Assembly: GCA_903885795.1 (NCBI GenBank)
Contig: CAISJV010000029.1
Span: forward strand, 28,960 to 92,959
Source of the DNA: an uncultured delta proteobacterium
GTDB taxonomy: Bacteria > Desulfobacterota > Syntrophia > Syntrophales > UBA8958
Direction of reading: 5' to 3'
Length of the DNA stretch: 64,000 bases
Shown here in pieces: positions 38,059-47,393 of the stretch (the first letter of the stretch is position 1; every line of letters starts with the position of its first letter). The notes beneath the pieces are model-generated. The model was not told the origin of the DNA. It saw only the letters and a list, made by a program, of their open reading frames with translations, and searched no databases. Made by a program: the position numbers and the translations under genes.

Positions 38059-40431
38059 TCATACGTCCATAGACACTATTCCTAAGCGATAGGCCTTCAT
38101 GAACTCATCCGTGTAATGCGCCTTCAGATAAGCTGTCTGATAGGCTATGATGGAGTATACTGTGGAGTGGGCTTTGTTGGAAACATATCCGGTGGAGGTT
38201 TCCATTTGGTTCCAGATCTTCATCGCCTTGGTTTTCAGGATATTTTTACCCTTTGCCCCATCGAGAAATTTCGACCGTTCCTTCTCCATACCCAGAAACA
38301 TCCTCTTACACATGACTCTCCTCAGTGTATCGGCTTCAGACATGATGTATCCACCGATAGCGCCTGCAATCTGCATGATCTGCTCCCGATAGATGATGAT
38401 ACCATAGGTCTCCTTCAGGATGTCATTGAGTTCAGGAACTTCATGGGTAATCTTCGTTTTCCCACGCTTACGGGCGATTAACTCGGGAATCATGCTCAAG
38501 GCGCTCGGGTGGTACATGGCAAGCAGGGCCATGACATCCTCAATACAATCGGGCTTCAGGTTTATGAGGTGATTCTTCATTCCCGAAGTCTGACACTGGA
38601 AAACGCCGTCCGTATCACCTCTGGAAAGGAGCTGATAGGTTTCCGGATCGTCCATCGGTAGATTATTGATATCAATATCTATGCCTTTGCCTTCCTTAAT
38701 GAAGCGGACGGCGTTCTGAATCACTGTGAGGGTCATGAGGCGTAGGAAATCGAATTTTATCAGTCCCAGGGCCTGTAGGTCGTACATGGAGAACTGAGTG
38801 ACAATGGCACCATCATCTTTTAGGTTCTTGTACAGCGGCACTCGTTCCACAAGAGGCGCATCGGATATGACCACACCGGCAGCATGGGTCGCTACATGAA
38901 CGTTTAGTCCCTCCAGGCGCTGGGAAATGTCGATCAACTTCTTGATCTTTTCGTTTTTCATGGCGGCCTTGTTGAGGCGCGGCTTATCTTTGAGGGCATC
39001 CTCCAAGGTTATCATGAATTTGTTGGGTAACATCTTTGCGATGGCGTCCACATCTTCGTAAGGAATGTTCATGGCCCGTCCTACGTCCCGGATCGCCGAT
39101 TTTGCACTCCTTTTCCCGAAAGTGATGATCTGGGCGACCTTGTCTTTTCCGTATCTTTCTGTGACATAACGGATGATCTCGTCGCGGCTATCTTCACCGA
39201 AATCGACAACGATATCAGGAAGCTCTTTCTGGTGCGGATTTAGTAAAGGCTCGAAAAAGAGACTATAGCGAATGGGGTCTATATTTGTTATCTGTGTGGT
39301 ATAGGCAACCAAACTGCCCGCTGTGGAGCCCCTTCCCGGGCCGACGGGGATATCTTTTTGTTTAGCATATTTAATAAAGTCCGAGACAATGAGGAAATAT
39401 CCCGCAAAGCCCATTTCCCTAATCACGGCAAGTTCTTCGAAGAGGCGCTTCTCGTAAATCTCCCGTGTTGCTGGGTCTTTCCCACGGAGTATGCGGGGCA
39501 TAAGCTCATCAAGTCCACGGATGACTGCGTCTTCCAACAATTCATCGAGATTCCTGTCGCCTTCTCTTGCAAAATTCGGGAGGGAAACCTTGCCAAACTG
39601 AATTTCCACGTTGCACCTTTCGGCAACTTTCACCGTATTTTTGATTGCTTCCGGGCAATAGTGAAAGAGTTTTTTCATTTCTTCCGGTGATCGGAAGTAT
39701 AAATGGCCCTTCCCGGAAGGGATTTGTTCCACATTCTCCATTATCTTGCCCTTCTGGATGCACATAAGGACTTCGTGAGCGGCGGAGTCGGCCCGGTTGA
39801 GATAATGGCAATTGTTGGTGGCCACCAAGGGGATTCCCAATTCACGGCTGATATCAATAAGTCCTTCGTTGACAGGTATTTGCTGGGGCAGGCCGTTTTC
39901 TATAATTTCCAGAAAGAAATTCCCTTTCCCGAAAATCCTTTCGTATTCCAGAGCTGCTTGCCTTGCCGCATTACAATTGCTTTGAGAGATTTGTTGGGCG
40001 ATTTCGCCATGAAGGCAGGCACTCAACCCGATAAGGCCCTCGTGGTAACGGGAAAGGATGTCCTTATCGATCCGTGGTCGGTTGCAGAAACCTTCAAGAT
40101 AGCCCGCCGTCGCCAGCTTTAGCAAATTCTGGTATCCGGTCATATTTTCCGCCAAGACGACGATGTGATGGGCTGTTTCTTCAGAGACTTCAGCATGTTT
40201 ATCAAAACGACTCCCATGGGCAACGTAAAGTTCACAGCCGATAATGGGTTTGATATCTGCTGCTTTCGCTTTTCTATAAAAATCAATAACGCCAAAGAGA
40301 TTGCCGTGGTCTGTAATCGCAACGGCAGGCATTCCGAATTGCTTGGCCTTCTCCAAAACGTCATTGATTTGTATCATTCCGTCAAGAAGACTGTAGTGGG
40401 TATGAACATGGAGATGGATGAAATCACTCAT
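38059..40431 (-). CDS. dnaE: DNA polymerase III alpha homolog, C-terminally truncated and catalytically degenerate
   Basis: PHP motifs HLHVHTHYSLLDG, TDHGN, PIIGCE; GPGRGS, HAAGVVI, KFDFL; but PDIVVDF and an end just after YLKAHY at 790 aa. Confidence 0.85.
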   Translation of the reverse strand: MSDFIHLHVHTHYSLLDGMIQINDVLEKAKQFGMPAVAITDHGNLFGVIDFYRKAKAADIKPIIGCELYVAHGSRFDKHAEVSEETAHHIVVLAENMTGYQNLLKLATAGYLEGFCNRPRIDKDILSRYHEGLIGLSACLHGEIAQQISQSNCNAARQAALEYERIFGKGNFFLEIIENGLPQQIPVNEGLIDISRELGIPLVATNNCHYLNRADSAAHEVLMCIQKGKIMENVEQIPSGKGHLYFRSPEEMKKLFHYCPEAIKNTVKVAERCNVEIQFGKVSLPNFAREGDRNLDELLEDAVIRGLDELMPRILRGKDPATREIYEKRLFEELAVIREMGFAGYFLIVSDFIKYAKQKDIPVGPGRGSTAGSLVAYTTQITNIDPIRYSLFFEPLLNPHQKELPDIVVDFGEDSRDEIIRYVTERYGKDKVAQIITFGKRSAKSAIRDVGRAMNIPYEDVDAIAKMLPNKFMITLEDALKDKPRLNKAAMKNEKIKKLIDISQRLEGLNVHVATHAAGVVISDAPLVERVPLYKNLKDDGAIVTQFSMYDLQALGLIKFDFLRLMTLTVIQNAVRFIKEGKGIDIDINNLPMDDPETYQLLSRGDTDGVFQCQTSGMKNHLINLKPDCIEDVMALLAMYHPSALSMIPELIARKRGKTKITHEVPELNDILKETYGIIIYREQIMQIAGAIGGYIMSEADTLRRVMCKRMFLGMEKERSKFLDGAKGKNILKTKAMKIWNQMETSTGYVSNKAHSTVYSIIAYQTAYLKAHYTDEFMKAYRLGIVSMDV

Positions 40432-40459
40432 AGTTGCCTCCTCTTAACTGATATGCCGG

Positions 40460-41941
40460 TTACAAGCATTCTATAATCTTCACCATCGCCAGAGTATCAA
40501 GCTTGCAGTATTCCAGCAGTGATTTACGGATATTTGCTATCTCCGCCCGATCATCGGTCTGGTTCATGGCCGCGTATGCATCCATGGCCATCCCCCCGTT
40601 TTGAACATCCAGATGATCGTAGCTGAACTCGGGCAGCATGGCGGGCAAAACATTTTTCAAGGAATATGAACCGTGTTGTTGCCAGCGATAGATATGATAG
40701 TTGCGAAAGGGGGCGGCAAGATCACGGGTGTTTTCGATGATCTTTTCAATCTTATCCGCATGTTCCGGGAACCAGCAGGCCAGATCACGGAGCCTGGCAA
40801 TTTCAAAACCGCTAACGTAGGCCAAGATACAGGCATTGTCGGGTATTTCACTCACCAGTTTTTCTATCAGTTCTTTTCTCGGGTCTGTTCGAGGCATGGC
40901 TAAAAACTCATCGTGCTGCAATTCGTCCCCTCTCTGATCCGTATGGTGCAAAGAATATTGGAAGGGTACTTGCTGATATGGCCGTATGCCGTCATAAGGA
41001 GGGATCGCTTCCATGGAGGTTTCAAAATCGAGGTAATACATGGGGTACCAGAGAGAATCGAGAAATTCCTGCACGGCATCTTGATCAATATGATTCTTCT
41101 GGTGGAGCACGCCATCAAGCTGGAACTTCTGCCGCCATCCCAAGATATCGGGCGACACGTCTTCCATCTTGACGATTCCCTGACGACAGAGGGCAAAACC
41201 ATCCGGCTTGCCAATCTCCCTAAAATCAAAGACGGATGGGGATGGTATATGAGACCAGCAATGACCGACAAAGTCACAAGGATAATTTTGTTCACAGTGG
41301 GGACCGATATCGATAACCGGCTCATCCCCTTTCAGCATTGCCCGTTGCCTTGCAATTTCTTCCACAATGAAGGCCTGCTTGTCCTTAGCAATCGTCGTAA
41401 TATCTTCCTTATAAAAGAGTTTATCCACTTCGATTGCGCCCTGCCGGACATACTCATTATTGATGTGAACGATAAATACTCTGTATATGGGCAATCCCGC
41501 GCCTGTCATGACATAATATTGAACGGAGGCATCATCGAGATGGTAATCTTTAACGCTAGTCGAAGCCTTGACCTCGTAGACATCCCAGCCTCCATCCCCC
41601 CGGTGGATAATATCGGCTTTGACAAAGACACCATTGTAAAAGAAGGTGGCTTCATAAATCGTCTGGCAACCCTGAGCTATCAGGTTGACGGTCATTTCAA
41701 GCTGCTTCTCGTGCGAAAGTCCATCATAAGGGACCAGCACACCGCCGGGAAAAAGGCCCTGCGCCAAGTCGCCGATTTCATAGCCTCCCGCAAAGCGTTT
41801 TTCCGTCTCTTCCGATACCTCGTCTTTCAGCTCCGGCCGGTACTTCTGCAGGTACAGAGATTTGTGGCACCGGACACCTCGAACAAAAAGGCTTTTGCTA
41901 AGATAGGCGTCATCCCGCTTCGTTTCATTGTTGTCTTTCAT
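40460..41941 (-). CDS. DUF2779-domain protein (Cas4-like nuclease + RNase H-like exonuclease)
   Basis: LSKS..RC, ADII..YEVKAST, GPHC..PCDFVGHCW, YLDFET, QVPFQYSLH, SYSLKNVLP, YCKLDT. Confidence 0.85.
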   Translation of the reverse strand: MKDNNETKRDDAYLSKSLFVRGVRCHKSLYLQKYRPELKDEVSEETEKRFAGGYEIGDLAQGLFPGGVLVPYDGLSHEKQLEMTVNLIAQGCQTIYEATFFYNGVFVKADIIHRGDGGWDVYEVKASTSVKDYHLDDASVQYYVMTGAGLPIYRVFIVHINNEYVRQGAIEVDKLFYKEDITTIAKDKQAFIVEEIARQRAMLKGDEPVIDIGPHCEQNYPCDFVGHCWSHIPSPSVFDFREIGKPDGFALCRQGIVKMEDVSPDILGWRQKFQLDGVLHQKNHIDQDAVQEFLDSLWYPMYYLDFETSMEAIPPYDGIRPYQQVPFQYSLHHTDQRGDELQHDEFLAMPRTDPRKELIEKLVSEIPDNACILAYVSGFEIARLRDLACWFPEHADKIEKIIENTRDLAAPFRNYHIYRWQQHGSYSLKNVLPAMLPEFSYDHLDVQNGGMAMDAYAAMNQTDDRAEIANIRKSLLEYCKLDTLAMVKIIECL

Positions 41942-42581
41942 CGAGCAGCTCCTTTTGTATGCTTACATTATTTCCGTGATATACGATAATATGCGTGTAA
42001 ACCCAACGGATACGAAGGATATTCTTCCACGAAAGATTAGCGTGATCATACAGGTCATGGAAAAGCCAGCAGAGCTTCAGATGGGCAAGAGGAAGCTCGG
42101 CATTCCTCATATCATTCCAATCCTGGTCTTCGTAATCCATTATATCATCTCCCACACGCTTTGAGCGTGCTATGCAGTTATCTCTCTCATCGTTATAAGC
42201 GGGATCGTCTTCGCCAATGAAATATTCTATTTCGATTTCCACACGAAAACAGGTCACAAAATCTTCGTCTGTCTTATCAAGCCGGCGCCGCCCTGATTCT
42301 TTGAGCGCTTTGACCTCTTTGATAATTTTCTTCTCAAGTATGGCCAACTGATCATTGAAATTCTGCAGGGCTTGAATATCGGCTGTAGTTAACTCATATT
42401 TCCGATCATCACGCTTACGGCATTGTGATACTATTTCAGCCGCTGTGCTCAAGTTACGGACTTTATTTTGCCATTTGTCCATAATAAACCGAGACTCTTC
42501 GATAGCATTGGAAAGATATGCATTCCGCGCTTCATTCAGGTCAACAATAACTTCATCAAATTGTTCAAGCAGGTCTTTCAT
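41925..42581 (-). CDS. Hypothetical protein
   Basis: 218 aa ORF overlapping the DUF2779 start; CWLFHDLY motif. Confidence 0.6.
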   Translation of the reverse strand: MKDLLEQFDEVIVDLNEARNAYLSNAIEESRFIMDKWQNKVRNLSTAAEIVSQCRKRDDRKYELTTADIQALQNFNDQLAILEKKIIKEVKALKESGRRRLDKTDEDFVTCFRVEIEIEYFIGEDDPAYNDERDNCIARSKRVGDDIMDYEDQDWNDMRNAELPLAHLKLCWLFHDLYDHANLSWKNILRIRWVYTHIIVYHGNNVSIQKELLDERQQ

Positions 42582-42602
42582 ATGTGCCCTTCAGTTTTAG
42601 TT

Positions 42603-42923
42603 TTAGAAAAATCCAATGCGGACATAATCAGCCTCATCCTTTGGAAATGGATCTCCTTCCCGCCAGCATTCCTTTTTCAAATCGGAAATGATGTGCTGCC
42701 ACGCCATATCCCCATCCCTTTTACCGAACAAATCAATGACCTGTTTTATCCCGGCTTCATGATGCCGCTTCTTGCGCTGGCGGTAGCCGTATTCTGCACT
42801 TCCTGCATATTCATCCATATCCAGAGGTGCACTTCCTCGAACATGCCGCCAAACATCCTTAGCGAGTCAAGGCAGTTCTGTTCTAACGTCATCGCTATAC
42901 CTTTCTTGTCTGTAACTGCGCAT
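42603..42923 (-). pseudogene. Hypothetical gene possibly interrupted by an in-frame TGA
   Basis: ATG 42923 reads MRSYRQERYSDDVRTELP*LAKDVWRHVRG.. in frame with the 42603-42818 ORF. Confidence 0.4.
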
Positions 42924-42933
42924 TCCTATGTTC

Positions 42934-43419
42934 CTAAATATCAACATAATAAGGATTGCAACCGGCACAGCAATAATGTTTATCCTCTTCAAAGATGACA
43001 TCACAGCCTTCTAAATGGAACTTTTTAATGACTTTCCTCAAGTTAGCATGGCTAATGCATTTATCACGGTAGAGTGTGAACCTTTTTTTATCAGGAAAGT
43101 AAACAACCCGCCCTCGTGGGTATGCATCGTATGCACTGGTTTTAAACAAAGATTCCGCTTGTGTTTTTGGCGTCATTTTTTCCCAATATTCGTAATGACC
43201 GCCATATTGAATAGCATTGCCATATTTTTCTCCTTCCGCAATTGTTGTAGCGTCAATAACAAGCTCATTAGCCCGCTTATTCTTTATTAGCCAAAAAATA
43301 CCAACCTTCTGATTCCCAATCTTACACGAATCAGATATTTGATTTCCGTGCTTTTCGTCTCCCTTTTTGAAATACATAATTCCCCTCACATATAAAAATG
43401 CTGGTTGAAAAATATTCAT
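42934..43419 (-). CDS. Hypothetical protein
   Basis: VGIFW..HYEYW..YPRGRVVY..D.HYCCAGC pattern. Confidence 0.7.
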   Translation of the reverse strand: MNIFQPAFLYVRGIMYFKKGDEKHGNQISDSCKIGNQKVGIFWLIKNKRANELVIDATTIAEGEKYGNAIQYGGHYEYWEKMTPKTQAESLFKTSAYDAYPRGRVVYFPDKKRFTLYRDKCISHANLRKVIKKFHLEGCDVIFEEDKHYCCAGCNPYYVDI

Positions 43420-43817
43420 TTACAATAATAATTAATCACAGCATTCATTGGGCTTCCTTCCGGAGCCTGGTTAAAGGACTGTTGTGAAAATGTTTTTATC
43501 TTATTGTCGTTCTTGTCGTAGAACGTGTTAAAATAATTCGTATATTCGTAAGTATTGTCACAGTCAAATCCATTGATAGAAGTCATATACCTGAATTTTT
43601 TAAATTTCGATGTCAATTCCCTATACATCTGATGGTTCAAACTAGGGACCAGTTTAACAATGGTTGTAAATTCATCATTGACTTTCTTCGTATTTGCCTT
43701 GTCAACGTATACTTTTATGCCGGGGGCCTCACCAACCAGTTCCCAGTCAGATGCAATTAAAATGTTAACTGAAATGGCTAAAATTATCATAATAACACTG
43801 AACATAAACTTTTTCAT
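43416..43817 (-). CDS. Secreted protein, surface-adhesin-E-like
   Basis: Signal peptide, DWELVG..YVDK, FDC..FYD..PEGS..YC. Confidence 0.6.
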   Translation of the reverse strand: MKKFMFSVIMIILAISVNILIASDWELVGEAPGIKVYVDKANTKKVNDEFTTIVKLVPSLNHQMYRELTSKFKKFRYMTSINGFDCDNTYEYTNYFNTFYDKNDNKIKTFSQQSFNQAPEGSPMNAVINYYCK

Positions 43818-43900
43818 GTATTATCCCTTTCAATCTATTGAATTGATTTAAGCATATAAAGCTGTTTCTATGGAATAGTTAGTCTTCAAAACTTTGCTAA

Positions 43901-44953
43901 TCAAAAATTCTTATTTTCAGAATTTCTAAATTTCCAATTAACGTATTCCTTAGGAATAATATTGTATATTATCTCCAATTCTTTTAGTATCTTATCAGAT
44001 TCATCTCCTGTAAAATCTGGTTTTTTAATGGCTTTTGCCCAAAAATATGATTTGCCAGTAATCTGCATTATGCGCTCAAATGACAAATAAGATCTACTGC
44101 TCGATTCAAGCCTAAATTTTGGTGTCAAGAAATCTACTAAGCTATATTTACTTTCATGATCTTCTCCGCCTGCAGACCAAATTACTTCTGCCGCAGCAAA
44201 AATCCCCCTATCTTGTTGAAAGAAAAAAACGATGTCAGCAGGGTAAAAATAATCAACAAAATATTGATTACTTCCATGGACATAAATACGAGATTCTTGC
44301 TCACTATCCCAGGTGTCTATCTTAATGTTGCAGTAACTTATATCAAACAAAACACCTTTGAACGATAATCTGTGCCTTTGTGTGTGATACTGAACAGATA
44401 AAAACTGATAATAATATTTACCTTGAATATCGTAGATTTGGTATGGAATGAGCTCGGTGTCGTGACAACTATCGACGCTCGTAATGAGACTTATCAGATT
44501 ATCATCTTCAGCTTCGCCGAATAAGTACAGATGCCGTTCCTTATTGAATTGTGAATGTAATAACGGATTTTCTAAGTGAAATATTTTTTGGTGAATTTCA
44601 TCCAACGGCCCGCAAAGATTGTTATTCTCTTTACAGTAGGTATTGTATTTCTCTTGAAGATGATCAAATGTCCAACGACTGGTATTATAGCTATGAGAAA
44701 TGACTTGGCAATAATCTTTGGAATTTTCAAATCTTCTTTTTAGCTCAAAGATGGCAAGGTTACCAAATCGATTCAAGGCATAGAAACCATCTTGTGCATC
44801 AAACGAATTTACCTGAAAGATAGGCATTAAGGAGACATTTTCAAAAAGTAATTCGACTACCCGGTCTAAGCTTAAAGCTTTAAAATCAAGTAACGGCAGA
44901 GGGATTAGTCTCCTTATTCCGAGCATTGCATCATGATGTAAATCAAGAAGCAT
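43901..44953 (-). CDS. Divergent paralog of the 36450-37466 NucS-like protein
   Basis: Shared segments LFENVSLMPIFQ, YALNRFGNLAIFELKR, KGVLFD, DIVFF..GIFAAAEVI, TGKSYFWA. Confidence 0.75.
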   Translation of the reverse strand: MLLDLHHDAMLGIRRLIPLPLLDFKALSLDRVVELLFENVSLMPIFQVNSFDAQDGFYALNRFGNLAIFELKRRFENSKDYCQVISHSYNTSRWTFDHLQEKYNTYCKENNNLCGPLDEIHQKIFHLENPLLHSQFNKERHLYLFGEAEDDNLISLITSVDSCHDTELIPYQIYDIQGKYYYQFLSVQYHTQRHRLSFKGVLFDISYCNIKIDTWDSEQESRIYVHGSNQYFVDYFYPADIVFFFQQDRGIFAAAEVIWSAGGEDHESKYSLVDFLTPKFRLESSSRSYLSFERIMQITGKSYFWAKAIKKPDFTGDESDKILKELEIIYNIIPKEYVNWKFRNSENKNF

Positions 44954-45023
44954 TTTCTTACCTCCTTCATTTTCTAATTAATCATTTATTCTTTATTTAC
45001 GAGTATGACTGTTAACGGCTGTC

Positions 45024-45548
45024 TTATATTGTTTCTTCTGTTGTTAACAATTCTCTCAGCGTGCCAAGCACGATCCGTATTGACGCCTGGGTTTGTGGGG
45101 TATGTACTTGCGTGCCAAGTGGATCTTTTTGCATTTTGAAGATAAGATCCAATATTGGCTTGCCGAATCTGATTTCAATAAAGGTGTCCTCTTCAAATTC
45201 GAATTTCTCAAGAATAGGAGACAAGAGGTTTGATGCCTTTTTGATATTCTTCTCAATCTCTGCTTTCATATTTCCCATGGAAGCATTTTTTAGCTCTGTT
45301 GCAAGGTTTTGAAATGTTTCAAGCAACTCGATTCCTTTGTCTTTGAATTCTGAGTCGGATATCATCGTGGGAAATTCTTTCAATATTTGTAGTGGAATGC
45401 ATGTCAGTTCACACTGTCCATGGGACGATGAGAGAACTAAATATCCTTTCAACCCAGAATAATTATCCATTATCGATTTGAAGATGTTATTTGCCTTATC
45501 TATCACCTTAATTAGGTCTTCTTGTTTCATAAGTTCCTCCCTTTGCAT
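45024..45548 (-). CDS. Hypothetical protein
   Basis: GAGGA RBS before MKQED; co-oriented in the gene run. Confidence 0.6.
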   Translation of the reverse strand: MQREELMKQEDLIKVIDKANNIFKSIMDNYSGLKGYLVLSSSHGQCELTCIPLQILKEFPTMISDSEFKDKGIELLETFQNLATELKNASMGNMKAEIEKNIKKASNLLSPILEKFEFEEDTFIEIRFGKPILDLIFKMQKDPLGTQVHTPQTQASIRIVLGTLRELLTTEETI

Positions 45549-45611
45549 CGGAATTATCGAAGAATGGATAATCCATAATTGCTTTAGTTTCTCAGAAGCT
45601 TTTCAGTGTTA

Positions 45612-45875
45612 TTATAAAGATTTACCAATTCTCTTCTGTCGTGCATAAGAAATCCGGGACCACTCCATGATGGCGATAATGGAGAAGCCCGACGCACATG
45701 ACCCACCTGGTGAATTGATGATCATCTGGATCTGGCCCACATCCCCTTTGATATTGTGTTCGATTACTTCTTTGTAGATTCCTTCCGCTGACCCTTCATT
45801 GATAACACCTGACAGATAGATGATTCCGTATTCGTTAAGTCCGTTTTCTTCCCGGTGTTGATCCTTTTATTTCAT
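45612..45875 (-). pseudogene. clpP: ClpP protease subunit relic
   Basis: MK*KDQ..GIIYLSGVINEG..IQMIINSPGGSCASGFSIIAIMEWS; TAA at codon 3 and truncation before the catalytic Ser; GGAGG RBS. Confidence 0.75.
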
Positions 45876-46193
45876 GACATGAACCTCCCATCTTTATTTA
45901 TGGCTATGAGATACACCGGAGGAGTGTCATTTTTGGTCAATTTGAAAATAAATTGTTTATGACCTTCCCATTCAAGAGGGAAGATGTGAGTATTGGGCTG
46001 CATTTCTTCCTATGGATATATATACTTATCTATGGTACTACTCATGATGGATCTCTCCAGTTCGAAACAACAATTGCCTGTTTTCTTGAACGAGAGATTA
46101 ATAAGCTCGATAAAACCCACACACCAAATGGCGGGTAAGTATACTCCCGGCCACCAATGATCTCACGCGGATCAACATGAAAGGACCTGTTGT

Positions 46194-47195
46194 ATGAGTG
46201 CTCACAACATGAGAAAGATGATTGATGCCATCACCCTCCTGTCCCAGCCAACAGGAACAACCATCTCAGCTCTGTGCGATCGCCTGGACATCGGCCAGCG
46301 CCAGGCCTACCGCTTTATCGAATCACTACAGGTAGATTTCAAATTCATCATCGACAAAGATACGTCTATACCGGGCGGCTCCGTTCGCTATTTTCTGGCA
46401 AAGGAATATGTCAGACGCCTGTCCGAGATCAAAGTAGCCGATCTGAACCTGTCAATGGCTGAGATCATCGCCCTGTACCTCCTCAAGGGACATGGAAATA
46501 TTTATCGGGGTACGGAGATCGAAGCCAATATCGAACGGGCCTTCGCCAAGCTGGATGTCTTTGTGCCTGAGGGATTTGCCCGTAAGTTGGAGAGGATAAA
46601 GACCCTCATCATTTCAGCAGATAAATTCAATAAGGACTATGCGGATAAGGTGGATATTATCGACGACCTGACCGAAGCAATGCTTCAGCAAAAGACCTGC
46701 CGCGTTGAATATCACTCATTTAACGATGACAAGATCAAGAATTTCAAGATTGATCCTCTGAAATTCTTCGACTGGAAGGGCGGCCTTTATCTGTTTGTGC
46801 GGACAACCACTTATGGACATATCCGCATGCTCGCAGTCGAAAGGATTGAAAAGCTGGAAATAGGGAAGATCTCTTTCGATTATCCCGATGACTTCAAGCC
46901 GGAAGAATTGCTGGATGAAGCATTCGGTGTGGTTTATGATGACCCGATTACCGTGAAGATCCTTTTTGGTGCCGATCAAGCTCGTTACATAAGAGAACGG
47001 ACATGGGCCAAAAGTCAGAAGATAAACGAGCAAAAGGACGGTTCCATCATCCTGACTATGAAGACGTCAGGATGGTGGGATGTTCGCCAGTGGCTACTTT
47101 CCTTTGGTCCTGATGCGGAACTTCTGGAACCAAAGGAAAAGAGGGAAGAGATGAAGGGATTGACTGAAGATATGATTGCTAAGTATAGTAAATAA
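46194..47195 (+). CDS. WYL-domain transcriptional regulator (wHTH-WYL-WCX)
   Basis: N-terminal HTH (RQAYRFIESL), VEYHS..IDPL..GLYL..AVERI, WLLSFGPDAELLEP. Confidence 0.92.
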   Translation: MSAHNMRKMIDAITLLSQPTGTTISALCDRLDIGQRQAYRFIESLQVDFKFIIDKDTSIPGGSVRYFLAKEYVRRLSEIKVADLNLSMAEIIALYLLKGHGNIYRGTEIEANIERAFAKLDVFVPEGFARKLERIKTLIISADKFNKDYADKVDIIDDLTEAMLQQKTCRVEYHSFNDDKIKNFKIDPLKFFDWKGGLYLFVRTTTYGHIRMLAVERIEKLEIGKISFDYPDDFKPEELLDEAFGVVYDDPITVKILFGADQARYIRERTWAKSQKINEQKDGSIILTMKTSGWWDVRQWLLSFGPDAELLEPKEKREEMKGLTEDMIAKYSK

Positions 47196-47219
47196 TACAA
47201 TATATATACATTCCACGAA

Positions 47220-47269
47220 ATGAACTACCCTGCAGCAAGCTTCGGGGAATATAACCCAGAGAGATTTAA
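47220..47269 (+). mobile_element. Short palindromic element resembling IS200/IS605-derived end elements
   Basis: ATGAACTACCCTGCAGCAAGCTTCGGGGAATATAACCCAGAGAGATTTAA: imperfect hairpin after GAACTACCC; resemblance recalled from memory. Confidence 0.45.
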
Positions 47270-47393
47270 TTTCCTTTTTAAGAACTATAGATTAAAAGAA
47301 GATCGAATCGAAATACGTTGTTTGGGGTTGGTCATAACATACGAAGTGATCATGTTAAAACCATCGTTCTTATGCGTCTACACAGGAGAGCAG

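Noticed and set aside
38059-40431. DnaE2 of an imuABC mutagenesis cassette, or a split-intein dnaE
   Set aside because: No imuA/imuB, motifs resemble replicative DnaE1, and no intein or C-terminal half follows.
40460-41941. cas4 of a CRISPR-Cas locus
   Set aside because: The Cas4-like fold is part of the DUF2779 architecture; no array or other cas genes in the window.
40913-41989. 358-aa plus-strand ORF
   Set aside because: Antisense shadow of the DUF2779 gene, with no recognisable motifs.
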